DNA from: an uncultured delta proteobacterium
GTDB taxonomy: Bacteria > Desulfobacterota > Binatia > UBA9968
Reading direction: 5' to 3'
Length of the DNA: 64,000 bases
NCBI GenBank assembly: GCA_963840855.1
Contig: CAWJBB010000079.1
Coordinates: 32,001-96,000 of the forward strand
Position 1 is the first letter of the stretch. Each line of letters starts with the position of its first letter. Below, piece after piece: positions 29,497 to 39,107 of the stretch. The translations under genes were made by a program, and so were the position numbers. The notes under the pieces are model-generated. The model worked only from the letters and a program-made list of their open reading frames with translations. It was not told the origin of the DNA and made no database searches.

Positions 29497-30582
29497 TCAC
29501 AAACCGTAAAACGTTTTCGCGTTGTCGTAGAGAATCTTTTGCACGGCTGTTTGGGAAATCTCGCCTTTGTCGGCGCGTTCTTTCAACAAGCGCGGGAATT
29601 CGTATTCCATGGATGAATCCCGGTGCGTGTAGTCCGAGCCGATCATCAGACTGTCTTCACCGGCGACTTTTAGAACATAGGGCAAGTCTTCGTCGACTTG
29701 GCAGGTGACATACATGCGGTTGGACCTGAGCAATTCTGCGGACAGGTCGTAGCGCGCGAACTGGCTGAATGTCCCGGCGCCGTCGGCGGCCTTTTCCATG
29801 CGCCGTTTCAATTCCCACGCGATGAAGGGAATCCACGAGCAACCGGCCTCGATAATGCCGAAGCGCAGCTTGGGATACTTTTGCGGCAACTGATGGCGGA
29901 TGATTGTATGAAAGGCGTGCACGGTGGGCAGCTGCGAGCGCATGAACGATCCCAACGAAAATTCCCGCGCCGGGACGAAGTCCGGCGTGCCTGAGCCAAT
30001 GTGCACGCAGATCGGCAAGTCCAAGCGGTCGGCTTCTTCGTACAGTGGAAAGAAATACGGATCGGCGGGCCATTTGCCGGCTTCCAGATCGCCTTTCTTG
30101 AGAATGCCGCAGGCGCCGTGGTCTTTGGCGAACCGGAGTTCCTTGATCGCCTCTTCCAAGTTCATCAGCGGCGGCAAACACACCCAACGCAAGCGCCCGC
30201 GGGATTCGGCGCAGCGCTCGGCGAGCCAGCGGTTGTAACTGCGCCTGAGCGCCGTCGACACCTCGGGGCGCTCGGTGGCTTCCATCAAGAACAACGTGGG
30301 ATAGAGCACCTGCACCTCTGTGCCCATCTCGTCCATATCGCGCAAGCGCGCCGCCACGTCCAACAGCTCGCGGGTTGCCACCGTAGTGCGGGTATTTTTA
30401 TCGTCGCGGGTAAAGCGCATCTGGCGATGGCCGTCGATGAGCCAGTAGCGCGTCGGCGGCCGTTTGGGATCGACGCGGTTGGGGGATTGCGTGATCGGTT
30501 TGAACTCTTGTTCGTACTCCCGCAGGTATTCCCAAGTCGCTTCGGTCTCGTCGATGTGAGTATCGGCGTCGATGATCGGCAT
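29497..30582 (-). CDS. Amidohydrolase_2 family protein
   Basis: IIDADTH, VLYPT, EAGCSW and GSDYTH motifs. Confidence 0.92.
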   Translation of the reverse strand: MPIIDADTHIDETEATWEYLREYEQEFKPITQSPNRVDPKRPPTRYWLIDGHRQMRFTRDDKNTRTTVATRELLDVAARLRDMDEMGTEVQVLYPTLFLMEATERPEVSTALRRSYNRWLAERCAESRGRLRWVCLPPLMNLEEAIKELRFAKDHGACGILKKGDLEAGKWPADPYFFPLYEEADRLDLPICVHIGSGTPDFVPAREFSLGSFMRSQLPTVHAFHTIIRHQLPQKYPKLRFGIIEAGCSWIPFIAWELKRRMEKAADGAGTFSQFARYDLSAELLRSNRMYVTCQVDEDLPYVLKVAGEDSLMIGSDYTHRDSSMEYEFPRLLKERADKGEISQTAVQKILYDNAKTFYGL

Positions 30583-30787
30583 AGCATACCTCCGCTAACG
30601 CCTGTTGATGTGGAGATATTAACCACAAAGAGTACCTAGTTCGCAAAAAGAAAGTTAACCGCAAAGAACCTAACGGGCGCAAAAAGAGGGACTCACCATG
30701 AAAAACACGAAGTTCACGAAGTTTAAGAATATAGTGTTCTTCGTGCCGCCTTTGAAAATACCGGGCGTGAGGATGGGCTTTAGAATT

Positions 30788-30898
30788 GTAGCCTGGATGG
30801 AGCGAAGCGGAATCCAGGAAGGTGACATGGGGCGTGGCAGAGGCAACGGCGTGCGTGAATGAAGAAACCCGGATTACGCTTTGCTCCATCCGGGCTAC
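30788..30898. repeat. Inverted pair of GTAG-type REP sequences (REPIN-like)
   Basis: GTAGCCTGGATGGAGCGAAGCGGAATCCAGG ... CCCGGATTACGCTTTGCTCCATCCGGGCTAC. Confidence 0.85.
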
Positions 30899-30974
30899 GA
30901 AGGGGAATCCTCCATTTTCATGACCTGTGGGCGAGCGTAAGATCATGAATCACTTCGTGGTGAATCCCCATGCG

Positions 30975-31008
30975 AAAAAAAGGGCCACTCGGGGTGAGTG
31001 ACCCTTTT
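30975..31008 (-). terminator. Intrinsic terminator downstream of 31039..32097
   Basis: Minus strand AAAAGGGTCACTC-ACCCC-GAGTGGCCCTTTTTTT hairpin plus U tract. Confidence 0.85.
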
Positions 31009-31038
31009 CAACTTCGTTATTAATTTCGACGGCTTCGG

Positions 31039-32097
31039 TCAGTTATTGATGCCGTCGATTTTTAGATCGTACAGCTTGATGACGTTTTCGCGCACGACCT
31101 TTCTCAGCACGTCTTTGGGCAGGTGGCCGAGTTCTTCGGCTATGACTTTGCGCGAATGCGGCCAGGTGGAGGCGGCGTGGGGATAGTCATTGGACCACAT
31201 GAAAGTGTCTTGGCCGTAGCGGTTCATCAGCACGCCGCCGCTGGGGTCGCTAAAAAAAGTCGCGTACACCTGCTCGTTCACATATTCGCCGGGCAGCTTC
31301 TTCATGAACGGCAGCGGCACTTTGTTCTTGAAGCGAACATAATATTTATCCCACTCGTGGGTGTAGAAGGGCAGCCAGGCGCATTCATTCTCGACGTAGA
31401 CTATTTTCAGTTTAGGAAAGCGCGCCAGCACGCCGCTGAAAACAATGTCGAATAGAGTATTCGCAGCGTCATTGAGCTTGTCGTTGACCGCGGTTCTGTA
31501 GGTGTCGAGCCCCTTGCGCTCGAAGCGGCTGTAATTGAACCCGGTGAGGATGTGCAGGTTGACCGGCATGTTCATATCAGCCGCGGCTTCCCAGAACGGA
31601 TCGTAGTAATCGCTGGTGAACCTTAAATGCTCCGGCGGCACCTGCCAGATCAAACAGCCGACGAGCCCGGCCTTTTTACAGCGCTCCAGCTCTTTGACGG
31701 CATTTTTGATATTGTAAAGCGAAATCATCGGAATTCCGATCAGGCGTCCGGGTGTCACCTTGCAATAATCGATCATCCAATCGTTGGCGATTTGAAAACA
31801 GGCTTCCTGGAGTTCCGGGTCTTCGATGGCAAAAAGGCGCAATCCGAGGGTCGGATAAAGCACTTCGGCGGTGACGCCGTCGACTTCCATCTCACCGATG
31901 CGCGCCTTGGGATCCCAACCGCCGGTCTTCTCGCCGGGCGAGTTGCGTTTGGGATAATCGGGAAACTTACTCTTCAACGATTGGGGAAGGGCCTTTGTCC
32001 ATAGATCGTCCGGCTCGATGATATGGGAATCGGCGGAGATGATTTTCTCGCCGGCAAGAACGGCTTCCGGCGTGTAACCTGTAGCGGCCATGCTCAT
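31039..32097 (-). CDS. Amidohydrolase_2 family protein
   Basis: ISADSHIIEP, EVLYPT, PVNLH and WSNDYPH motifs. Confidence 0.92.
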   Translation of the reverse strand: MSMAATGYTPEAVLAGEKIISADSHIIEPDDLWTKALPQSLKSKFPDYPKRNSPGEKTGGWDPKARIGEMEVDGVTAEVLYPTLGLRLFAIEDPELQEACFQIANDWMIDYCKVTPGRLIGIPMISLYNIKNAVKELERCKKAGLVGCLIWQVPPEHLRFTSDYYDPFWEAAADMNMPVNLHILTGFNYSRFERKGLDTYRTAVNDKLNDAANTLFDIVFSGVLARFPKLKIVYVENECAWLPFYTHEWDKYYVRFKNKVPLPFMKKLPGEYVNEQVYATFFSDPSGGVLMNRYGQDTFMWSNDYPHAASTWPHSRKVIAEELGHLPKDVLRKVVRENVIKLYDLKIDGINN

Positions 32098-32173
32098 CAG
32101 CGTACCCTCGCTTTCAGTCGCATTGTCCTCTTATTATGACATCTAAAAAACTTTGTCCATGGGTTGTGAACGG

Positions 32174-32270
32174 AGGTTCAAAGTTCAATGTTCAAGGTTC
32201 AACGTGTCAATGCCGAACTCGGAGCCCGGTCTCCGAAGCATCTTAACTTTGAACCTTGAACCTTGAACCG
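32174..32270. repeat. Inverted heptamer-array hairpin element: (NNGTTCA)4-spacer-(TGAACNN)4
   Basis: AGGTTCA AAGTTCA ATGTTCA AGGTTCA ... TTAACTT TGAACCT TGAACCT TGAACCG. Confidence 0.85.
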
Positions 32271-32364
32271 AAATCGTCTTCGATTTCGCGCCGGATCAAA
32301 ATTGACGCGGCAGTATCGCCGTGTTACCACATAGGAGAACCCTTAAGAACGGGCGTCCTTTCGC

Positions 32365-33807
32365 TTGCAATTCGAAGAGCTTAAATCCCTGGACTTGAAA
32401 CAATCCGCCACCGTCGGCGCGATCGTCGATGCGATGACGTATTGCGCCTTCGGCGCCCGCATGCTCGGCGAAGCCGCGCGCACGGTGCGCCAGATGATCG
32501 GCGCGCCGAAAAAGCCCATTATCATCTATGATGGCATGTCGAGTTCACCGCTGGGACGGTTGCTGAAAAAGTTCGTCGCGAGAAAATGGTGCGCGCAGAT
32601 TCTTCTGCCGGCGGAATATGCCGGACGCCGCGGCGGCGAGAATGCCGTTGTCGTCGGCGGGTTTTCCGAGCGCTACGCCGAGGCGATCTACAAAAAACCT
32701 AAGCGCGCCGTGTTTATTAATCCCTTCGACATGGCGCGCCCAGGACAGATCAGAGATGGGTACTTTCCCGACGCGGTCTTCGCCGACCCCCGTTATGTCA
32801 TGCCGGTGATCTACCGCGCCCTGGAGGAGTGGATCGATGGCAAGCCCAGATCCGTTCGATCGTTCATAGCCGAGCTTGCGCCCTACGGCGGCATCGCCGC
32901 GCAGGTCGCCACGGGCGCCAAGGCGCTCGAAACAATGGCCCGTGACCAGAGCTGTATCCGCTTTCTGACCGTTAGCGGCGCCATGACGGTGGGAAAAATG
33001 GACCTCGTCATCTGCGACATGATCGAGAGCGGATTGATCCATGCGATCTCTTGCACCGGCGCGCTCATGGCCCATGGTCTGGTGTCGTCCATCGGACTCA
33101 AACATTACAAGTACAATCCGAAATATGACGACACCGAGTTAGCGCGCCGACGGCTTAACCGGGTGACCGATACGCTGGAACCCGAAACCAATCTCGATAC
33201 CGTCGAGGAAGTGATCGGTAAGGTCGTGGAAGCGATTGACGGCAAACAATCCCTCAGCCCGACGATCCTAAACAGGCTCATCGGCAAGCACTTAGCCGAG
33301 AATTATCCCAACGACCGGGGCATCTTGAAGTCGGCTTACTTGCGCGGCGTGCCGGTATTCGTGCCGGCCTTCGTCGATTCGGAACTGGGCAACGACATTT
33401 ACATCCACAACATCAAGCGTCAGCGCCGTGGTAAAAAGCCGATCCTTATCGATCTGGAACTCGACAGCAAGGAACTCATCAAATTGGTGACCAAGGCGAA
33501 ACGGTTTGGCATCTTCACCATCGGCGGCGGGGTGCCGCGCAACAACGTGCAAAACGTCGCGCCGTTGATTGAAATCATCAACGAGCGCATCGGTTCGAAT
33601 TTGCCGCCGCGCCGCTTTACCTATGGCATCCGAATTTGTCCCGATCGGCCCCATTTCGGCCATCTTTCCGGCTGCACCTACTCGGAAAACGAATCCTGGC
33701 GCAAGGCCGTCAAGAACGGCGTCTACGCCGAGATTCAAGCCGACGCGACCCAGGTCTGGCCGTTCCTGGTGAAATACGTCATGGACGCGTCAGGTACGAC
33801 CCACTAA
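32365..33807 (+). CDS. Deoxyhypusine/homospermidine synthase-like protein with an extra N-terminal module
   Basis: FLTVSGAM, TGA..AH, PVFVPAFVDSELG, IGGGVPRN, GHLSGCTYSE..SWRK and ADAT motifs; TTG start. Confidence 0.9.
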   Translation: MQFEELKSLDLKQSATVGAIVDAMTYCAFGARMLGEAARTVRQMIGAPKKPIIIYDGMSSSPLGRLLKKFVARKWCAQILLPAEYAGRRGGENAVVVGGFSERYAEAIYKKPKRAVFINPFDMARPGQIRDGYFPDAVFADPRYVMPVIYRALEEWIDGKPRSVRSFIAELAPYGGIAAQVATGAKALETMARDQSCIRFLTVSGAMTVGKMDLVICDMIESGLIHAISCTGALMAHGLVSSIGLKHYKYNPKYDDTELARRRLNRVTDTLEPETNLDTVEEVIGKVVEAIDGKQSLSPTILNRLIGKHLAENYPNDRGILKSAYLRGVPVFVPAFVDSELGNDIYIHNIKRQRRGKKPILIDLELDSKELIKLVTKAKRFGIFTIGGGVPRNNVQNVAPLIEIINERIGSNLPPRRFTYGIRICPDRPHFGHLSGCTYSENESWRKAVKNGVYAEIQADATQVWPFLVKYVMDASGTTH

Positions 33808-34057
33808 GGAGTTTCGCTCCCATGTTTTGGTTTCTGGAAGAACCGTTGAAATGAGTCGAGATTTTCCCGTTCTACTGAGCTTGCCGAAGTATGAGCCTGT
33901 CGAAGCATTCTTAGGGTTTTTCAGCAGAATCAAAACCCCATCCCGACGGGCCGAAATCTTGAACCGGAAACGACGCGGATGATCCGGGCTAGAAATTTCG
34001 CCATTCTTGGAGTAAAAAAACGATGTGCCGATGATTGCTTCGCGACGGAGAAATTCC

Positions 34058-34882
34058 ATGAAAAAATCGCTCTCGACTCGTTATTCGTTATTGGCTTTAT
34101 GTCTGGCCTTCATTACCGCTTGCAGTCTCGCCCAGGCGCAATCGGCGAAAGACGAATACCAGCCGCAGGTGGGCCAGGAAGGCAAGGACGTTATCTGGGT
34201 GCCGACGCCGCAGGCGTTGGTCGATAAGATGCTCGATATGGCCAAGGTCACGCCCAATGACTATGTCATCGATCTCGGCTCGGGCGATGGGCGCACGGTG
34301 ATCACCGCGGCAAAGCGCGGCGCCCGCGCTCTCGGCATTGAATACAACCCCGACATGGTCGAACTGTCCAAACGCAACGCGGCCAAAGCCGGCGTCAGCG
34401 ATAAAGCGAATTTTGCCAAGGCCGATCTGTTCGAAAGCGACTTCTCCGAGGCGCAGGTGATTACCATGTTTCTGCTGCCGGAGATCAATCTCAAGCTGCG
34501 TCCGAAAATTCTCGACCTGAAACCGGGCACCCGCATCGTATCCAATTCATTCACGATGGGCGATTGGAAAGCCGACGAAACCGCGACGGTGAAAAATGAC
34601 TGCGCCTCCTACTGCACCGCCTACCTGTGGATCGTGCCGGCGAAAGTCGATGGCACTTGGAAGCTTCCTCAAGGCGAAATCACTCTCAAGCAGACTTACC
34701 AGACGTTATCGGGGTCCGTCAGATCCGGCGCCGCGACCACGCCAATCAGCGATGCCAAGCTAAACGGCGAGCATATCAGCTTCACCGCCGGCCGCGTTAA
34801 ATATTCCGGTCGCGTAAGGGGCAACTCGATGGACGGCGAATCCAGCAACGGCAAATGGACCGCCACCCGCGCGGGTAGTTAG
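34058..34882 (+). CDS. Class I SAM-dependent methyltransferase with signal peptide
   Basis: DVIWVPTP, VIDLGSGDGR and LKPGTRIVSNSF motifs; AQA-Q cleavage site. Confidence 0.9.
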   Translation: MKKSLSTRYSLLALCLAFITACSLAQAQSAKDEYQPQVGQEGKDVIWVPTPQALVDKMLDMAKVTPNDYVIDLGSGDGRTVITAAKRGARALGIEYNPDMVELSKRNAAKAGVSDKANFAKADLFESDFSEAQVITMFLLPEINLKLRPKILDLKPGTRIVSNSFTMGDWKADETATVKNDCASYCTAYLWIVPAKVDGTWKLPQGEITLKQTYQTLSGSVRSGAATTPISDAKLNGEHISFTAGRVKYSGRVRGNSMDGESSNGKWTATRAGS

Positions 34883-34887
34883 GAGGC

Positions 34888-34973
34888 CAGTTCAAAGTTC
34901 AACGTTCAAGGTTCAACGTTTGGCGGAACTGAATTTCGCATACCTTGAACTTTGAACATTGAACCTTGAACTC
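34888..34973. repeat. Second inverted heptamer-array hairpin element
   Basis: CAGTTCA AAGTTCA ACGTTCA AGGTTCA ... TGAACTT TGAACAT TGAACCT TGAACTC. Confidence 0.85.
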
Positions 34974-34981
34974 ATCCTTGT

Positions 34982-35377
34982 TTACAAGGATGATTTTCCG
35001 CGCGCGGCGCGGACAAAAACCGTCATTCCTTCCGCGCGCATGACTTCGACTTCGGTTCCCGACACGATGGTTTGCCCGGCCGATTCGGCAACCGCGCGCC
35101 ACAGTTCCAGGTTTATTCTAATATAGCCTTCCGGCGCCAAGTCGCTTTGTGCGATTCCCTTCTTCCCCACCAGCGCCGCCGAACCGAATTTCACCTGGGT
35201 TTCGTAAGCAGAGCGGAGCAGCGGATAGAAGGCCAAATCCTTGAGAACCAAGCCAGAGAAGCCAAGCAGCGCAACCCACAACGGGATGACTTCCCACTGT
35301 AAGAGACCCAGAGCGACCACCGCCCCAACTGCCCAGCCGGGTATTTGGAAGAATAGATAGCGGAAGAACGTGAGCAT
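34982..35377 (-). CDS. NfeD family membrane protein (short form)
   Basis: Two TM helices followed by LVGKKG...LAPEGYIRINLELWRA OB-fold motif. Confidence 0.85.
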   Translation of the reverse strand: MLTFFRYLFFQIPGWAVGAVVALGLLQWEVIPLWVALLGFSGLVLKDLAFYPLLRSAYETQVKFGSAALVGKKGIAQSDLAPEGYIRINLELWRAVAESAGQTIVSGTEVEVMRAEGMTVFVRAARGKSSL

Positions 35378-35529
35378 CAGGGCACCGTTTTGAATCGCGG
35401 TTCGGCAGTGAAGCCGTAGAGCAACATCTAGTTTGAGATTAGCAGCCGGCGCTCATGCTGCAAGGATGGCATGGGGAGGCGGGACAATTGTGGTACTGCG
35501 TGAGCTGAAAATTGCTAATATCCTTATAG

Positions 35530-36123
35530 CTAGTTTTTTATTCCCAAGATCTGACGGCCGTATTCCCTAACCAATTCCTCGCGCTCTTCGGAAGGCGGCA
35601 GAGAGCGCAGACGATCCGCGATGCGGCCGCGTGCGTCGTCCTTGAGGTCGTTCCAAACCTTTAGAGCCCGGCTGAGTTGATCTTTTTCCTCCGCCGTTAG
35701 CGGCGGGGATTCAGAGGCAGGTTTCTGGTCTAAGGTCGCCGCATCGCCGCCGGAAGGGCGCGCTTCGAGAACGATCGCCCGAATCGGCCGGCCGGCCCTA
35801 TCATAAGTCATGGCAAAACTGTTAAAGCCGATTGACGAGATGAGGGACCGCATTGCAACCTCGATTGGTACCCCGCGGAGATAGAGACTCAGCGTTTTGC
35901 TATTTGCCTCGGGTGGGACGACGATCTGAAAACCGGTTCGGGCATGGATCGCATTGACGGCGAATTCCACCGAAACCTGTCGAAAGGTAACCGAGATTTC
36001 ACCGTCCCGATATTCAACCCATTCGCGAAAAGACTCGTCAACCCTACTCTGTGGATACGCAGAGCCAAAACCAACAAAGAGCAGCAGAGCGAGAGAAAAA
36101 CCCACTTGCGCAAAGCATTTCAT
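35530..36123 (-). CDS. Exported hypothetical protein with secretin/TonB N-terminal (STN/N0)-like domain
   Basis: Signal peptide; ISVTFRQVSVEFAVNAIHARTG..LSLYLRGVPIEVAM. Confidence 0.6.
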   Translation of the reverse strand: MKCFAQVGFSLALLLFVGFGSAYPQSRVDESFREWVEYRDGEISVTFRQVSVEFAVNAIHARTGFQIVVPPEANSKTLSLYLRGVPIEVAMRSLISSIGFNSFAMTYDRAGRPIRAIVLEARPSGGDAATLDQKPASESPPLTAEEKDQLSRALKVWNDLKDDARGRIADRLRSLPPSEEREELVREYGRQILGIKN

Positions 36124-36199
36124 CTCACACACCTCGAAACCCTCAGTTCATCGCGTTCGAAGCGGGATCAGCCGGTTGTTTGGCGGCCCAACCCAGGTC

Positions 36200-37285
36200 T
36201 TAACCCAGAGGCTTCAACCCATAGAAGCGCTCGGCGTTACGGTGCAGCACCGCGTGCTTGTCGTCGTCGCTAAGATGCTCGTTTTCGACGATCTCCTCGA
36301 TTTCATGCTTGCAGTACTCGTTGTTGACTTCATGGGGAAAATCGCTGGAGAACATGAACGCCTTGTTGCCCACCGCTTCAATGACGTGGTGCAGAAACTT
36401 TTCCGTTCCTTCGCAGCCGACAAAGATCCGCCCCGCCTCGACGTGGCGCCGGATATAATCGCTGATTTTCTCGCCGGGCTTGAGCTGGATATATTCCGTG
36501 CGCGGATCGTATTGAATATGCGTTTCCCAACCGCGATCGAACCGTTCCAGACAAGTTTGCAGCCACGACACGCCGGCTTCCATAAAACCGATGCGCAGGT
36601 TCGGATACTTATCGAAGAGGCCATTGAAAATGATGCCGGCGAAGGCAACCATCTGGCCGAAGGGATGGCCGAGACCGTTGATCGGCGCGTAGGGGGTTAA
36701 AAAGTCCATGCCGAGTGCTTCGTGGGCGCCGCCATGAACACCGATGCAGCAGCCCAGGCGGTCGGCTTCGGCGTACACCGGCCAATACTCTTTATCGCCC
36801 AAATGCCCCTTGAAACCGGTGGAAGGGAACATCACGCCGCAAAATCCCAATTCGGTCACCGCGCGGCGCATTTCCTTGATGGCTTCCTCCGGTTCTTGCA
36901 ACGGTACCAACGCCAATCCCTGGAAGCGCGCGCTCTTCTTGAGATAAGTATCGGCGAACCAGTTGTTCCACGCGCGCGAGACATCGACGGCAAATTCTCT
37001 GGTGATGACCTTGCCAAAGGCGAGACCGCCGGTGGTGTAGAGCACGGCGCGCTCGATGCCGACGTCTTCCATGAATTCCAACCAACCGTCTTCCCGAACC
37101 TGTCTGAAAGCGCCGGGAACGAGTTGAAACAAGCTCGCGGAATGCAGGTGATCGAGTGGAGGGAAAATTCGCCCCTTGAATCTGCCGCTCTTGATGTACG
37201 GCTCCGGCATGTACTGCAATAGCGCATCCCAATCCTCCATCACATGGCCGTCGCCATCGACAACCGGTATGCCGTTCCGGGCCAT
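36200..37285 (-). CDS. Amidohydrolase_2 family protein
   Basis: VVDGDGHVME, GVHGG, EAGVSW and SSDFPHE motifs; RBS AAGGAGG. Confidence 0.92.
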   Translation of the reverse strand: MARNGIPVVDGDGHVMEDWDALLQYMPEPYIKSGRFKGRIFPPLDHLHSASLFQLVPGAFRQVREDGWLEFMEDVGIERAVLYTTGGLAFGKVITREFAVDVSRAWNNWFADTYLKKSARFQGLALVPLQEPEEAIKEMRRAVTELGFCGVMFPSTGFKGHLGDKEYWPVYAEADRLGCCIGVHGGAHEALGMDFLTPYAPINGLGHPFGQMVAFAGIIFNGLFDKYPNLRIGFMEAGVSWLQTCLERFDRGWETHIQYDPRTEYIQLKPGEKISDYIRRHVEAGRIFVGCEGTEKFLHHVIEAVGNKAFMFSSDFPHEVNNEYCKHEIEEIVENEHLSDDDKHAVLHRNAERFYGLKPLG

Positions 37286-37561
37286 AAGCGGGTCCTCCTT
37301 TGCATCGGTTCCGTTTAAACCCTGTGTAGCGCAAAACCGCCGTCCGAGGCAATGGGAAAGCACGCGACTGAAAGCATCCTTGACAGTTGAAGCCCGGGCG
37401 GCCTAACTTCCGCACGAGGGACGAAAGCGAAAGGAAATGGCTTGAACTGCTGGAACGTCTTGAACGCAAACTAAACCGCAACCAAATTCTGCGCACCCTT
37501 CAGCTATCGTTCTCGCGATGGTAGCATTGATCGTTTCAAACTGAGCCAACCGGAGACACAC

Positions 37562-38842
37562 TTGACCAAAGCCATCGGACTGGATTTTGGGACGACGAAC
37601 AGCGCGCTCGCGGTCGCACGGCCGGACCGGAGCGTGAAGCTGGCGCGCTTTAACGGGCACCCGACCTTCCGGTCGATTCTTTACTTCGACGCCGCGGATT
37701 CCCAAACAAAAGGCGGCGCGCGCGTGGTCGCCGGCCCCGCGGCGATTAATAGTTACTTGAACGCCGAATCTCCCGGGCGCCTTATCCAGTCAGCGAAATC
37801 CTATCTGGCCAGCCGCCTGTTCCGCAAAACGCAAATTTTTGGCGCCACCTACACACTGGAAGAACTGATCGGGATCATTCTCAAAGAACTGCGTCAGACC
37901 GCCGAAGCCGAGTTCGGCGATCTGGGATCGGCGCTGGTAGTCGGACGGCCCGTGCACTTCAGCGGCGCCACTGCGGATGCCGAAGATGATTTTGCTCTGA
38001 CTCGGCTGCGCGTCGCGCTACGCAAAGCCGGGTTCGATAAGGTTCATTTCATTCCCGAACCGGTGGCGGCGGCTTACAAATATCAATTGACATTAGATCA
38101 TGAGGAGTTGGTGTTGATTGCCGACTTTGGCGGCGGCACCAGCGACTTTTCTTTGGTCCAACTCAAACCGCATGGGCGGAACCAGACCGAAAGCGCCGTC
38201 ATCGGCAGCGACGGCGTAGGCATTGCCGGAGATACGTTCGATAGCAAACTGGTGCGTCATCTGGTTGCGCCGATGCTGGGCATGGGTTCGGAGTATCGCA
38301 CGCCGTTCGGTAAGGTTTTACCGATGCCGCTCTGGGTCTATGAGAACCTGCAGCGTTGGCACTACCTTTCGTTCCTTAAGACGCGCAAGAATATGAGAAC
38401 TTTGAACCAGCTCAGATTTCACGCTCTAGAGCCGCAGAAGATCGCCGCGCTGATCGAGATAGTCGATCATGATCTTGGTTACCGGCTTTATCAAGCCATC
38501 GAAGGAACCAAGTGCAATCTTTCAAGCGCACCGGCGAGCGCTTTTGTGTTCAAAGAACTTTCCACCGGCATCGACGAGAGCGTAACCCAATCCCAATTCG
38601 AGAACTGGATCGAACCGGAAGTTCGGGACATCGATTGCTGCATCGATCGCTTGCTTGCCCGCTGCAATGTCAAGACATCCGACGTCGGCGCCGTTTTCTT
38701 GACCGGGGGTTCTTCGTTCGTGCCGGTGATCCGAAGGATTTTCGAGCAAAAGTTCGGCGACGATACACCAATAAAGGCCGGCGACGAATTTACCTCGGTG
38801 GCCATAGGGCTGGCGATCACGGCCGCGGATATCTTCGCATAA
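37562..38842 (+). CDS. yegD: Hsp70-like ATPase lacking substrate-binding domain (YegD-like)
   Basis: GLDFGTTNS, GRPVHF, EPVAAA, DFGGGTSDF, TGGSS and GDEFTSVA.GL motifs. Confidence 0.88.
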   Translation: MTKAIGLDFGTTNSALAVARPDRSVKLARFNGHPTFRSILYFDAADSQTKGGARVVAGPAAINSYLNAESPGRLIQSAKSYLASRLFRKTQIFGATYTLEELIGIILKELRQTAEAEFGDLGSALVVGRPVHFSGATADAEDDFALTRLRVALRKAGFDKVHFIPEPVAAAYKYQLTLDHEELVLIADFGGGTSDFSLVQLKPHGRNQTESAVIGSDGVGIAGDTFDSKLVRHLVAPMLGMGSEYRTPFGKVLPMPLWVYENLQRWHYLSFLKTRKNMRTLNQLRFHALEPQKIAALIEIVDHDLGYRLYQAIEGTKCNLSSAPASAFVFKELSTGIDESVTQSQFENWIEPEVRDIDCCIDRLLARCNVKTSDVGAVFLTGGSSFVPVIRRIFEQKFGDDTPIKAGDEFTSVAIGLAITAADIFA

Positions 38843-38897
38843 GCAGGCTGCTGAAACCAATATTTACTCGTCCACTCAAACGCACGACACGGTTTGC

Positions 38898-38973
38898 GTA
38901 GCCCGGATGAAGCTGCAGCGTAATCCGGGGTTTGTGCGATCCCGGATTCCGTTTGCACTGCATCCGGGCTTAC
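38898..38973. repeat. Inverted pair of GTAG-type REP sequences
   Basis: GTAGCCCGGATG..AATCCGGG ... CCCGGATT..CATCCGGGCTTAC; same family as 30788. Confidence 0.85.
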
Positions 38974-39107
38974 AGTGCTGCGCCTGCGCGGCTTTTCTTG
39001 TAAAATTCAGAGCCTCGGGCTATTGAAGACTTGGGCCTATTTTTCGCTGTCGCGATTGCGACGGGCGGCGGCGGTCTCAATCTTGCAAATCAAAAAGGAG
39101 AAAAGCT

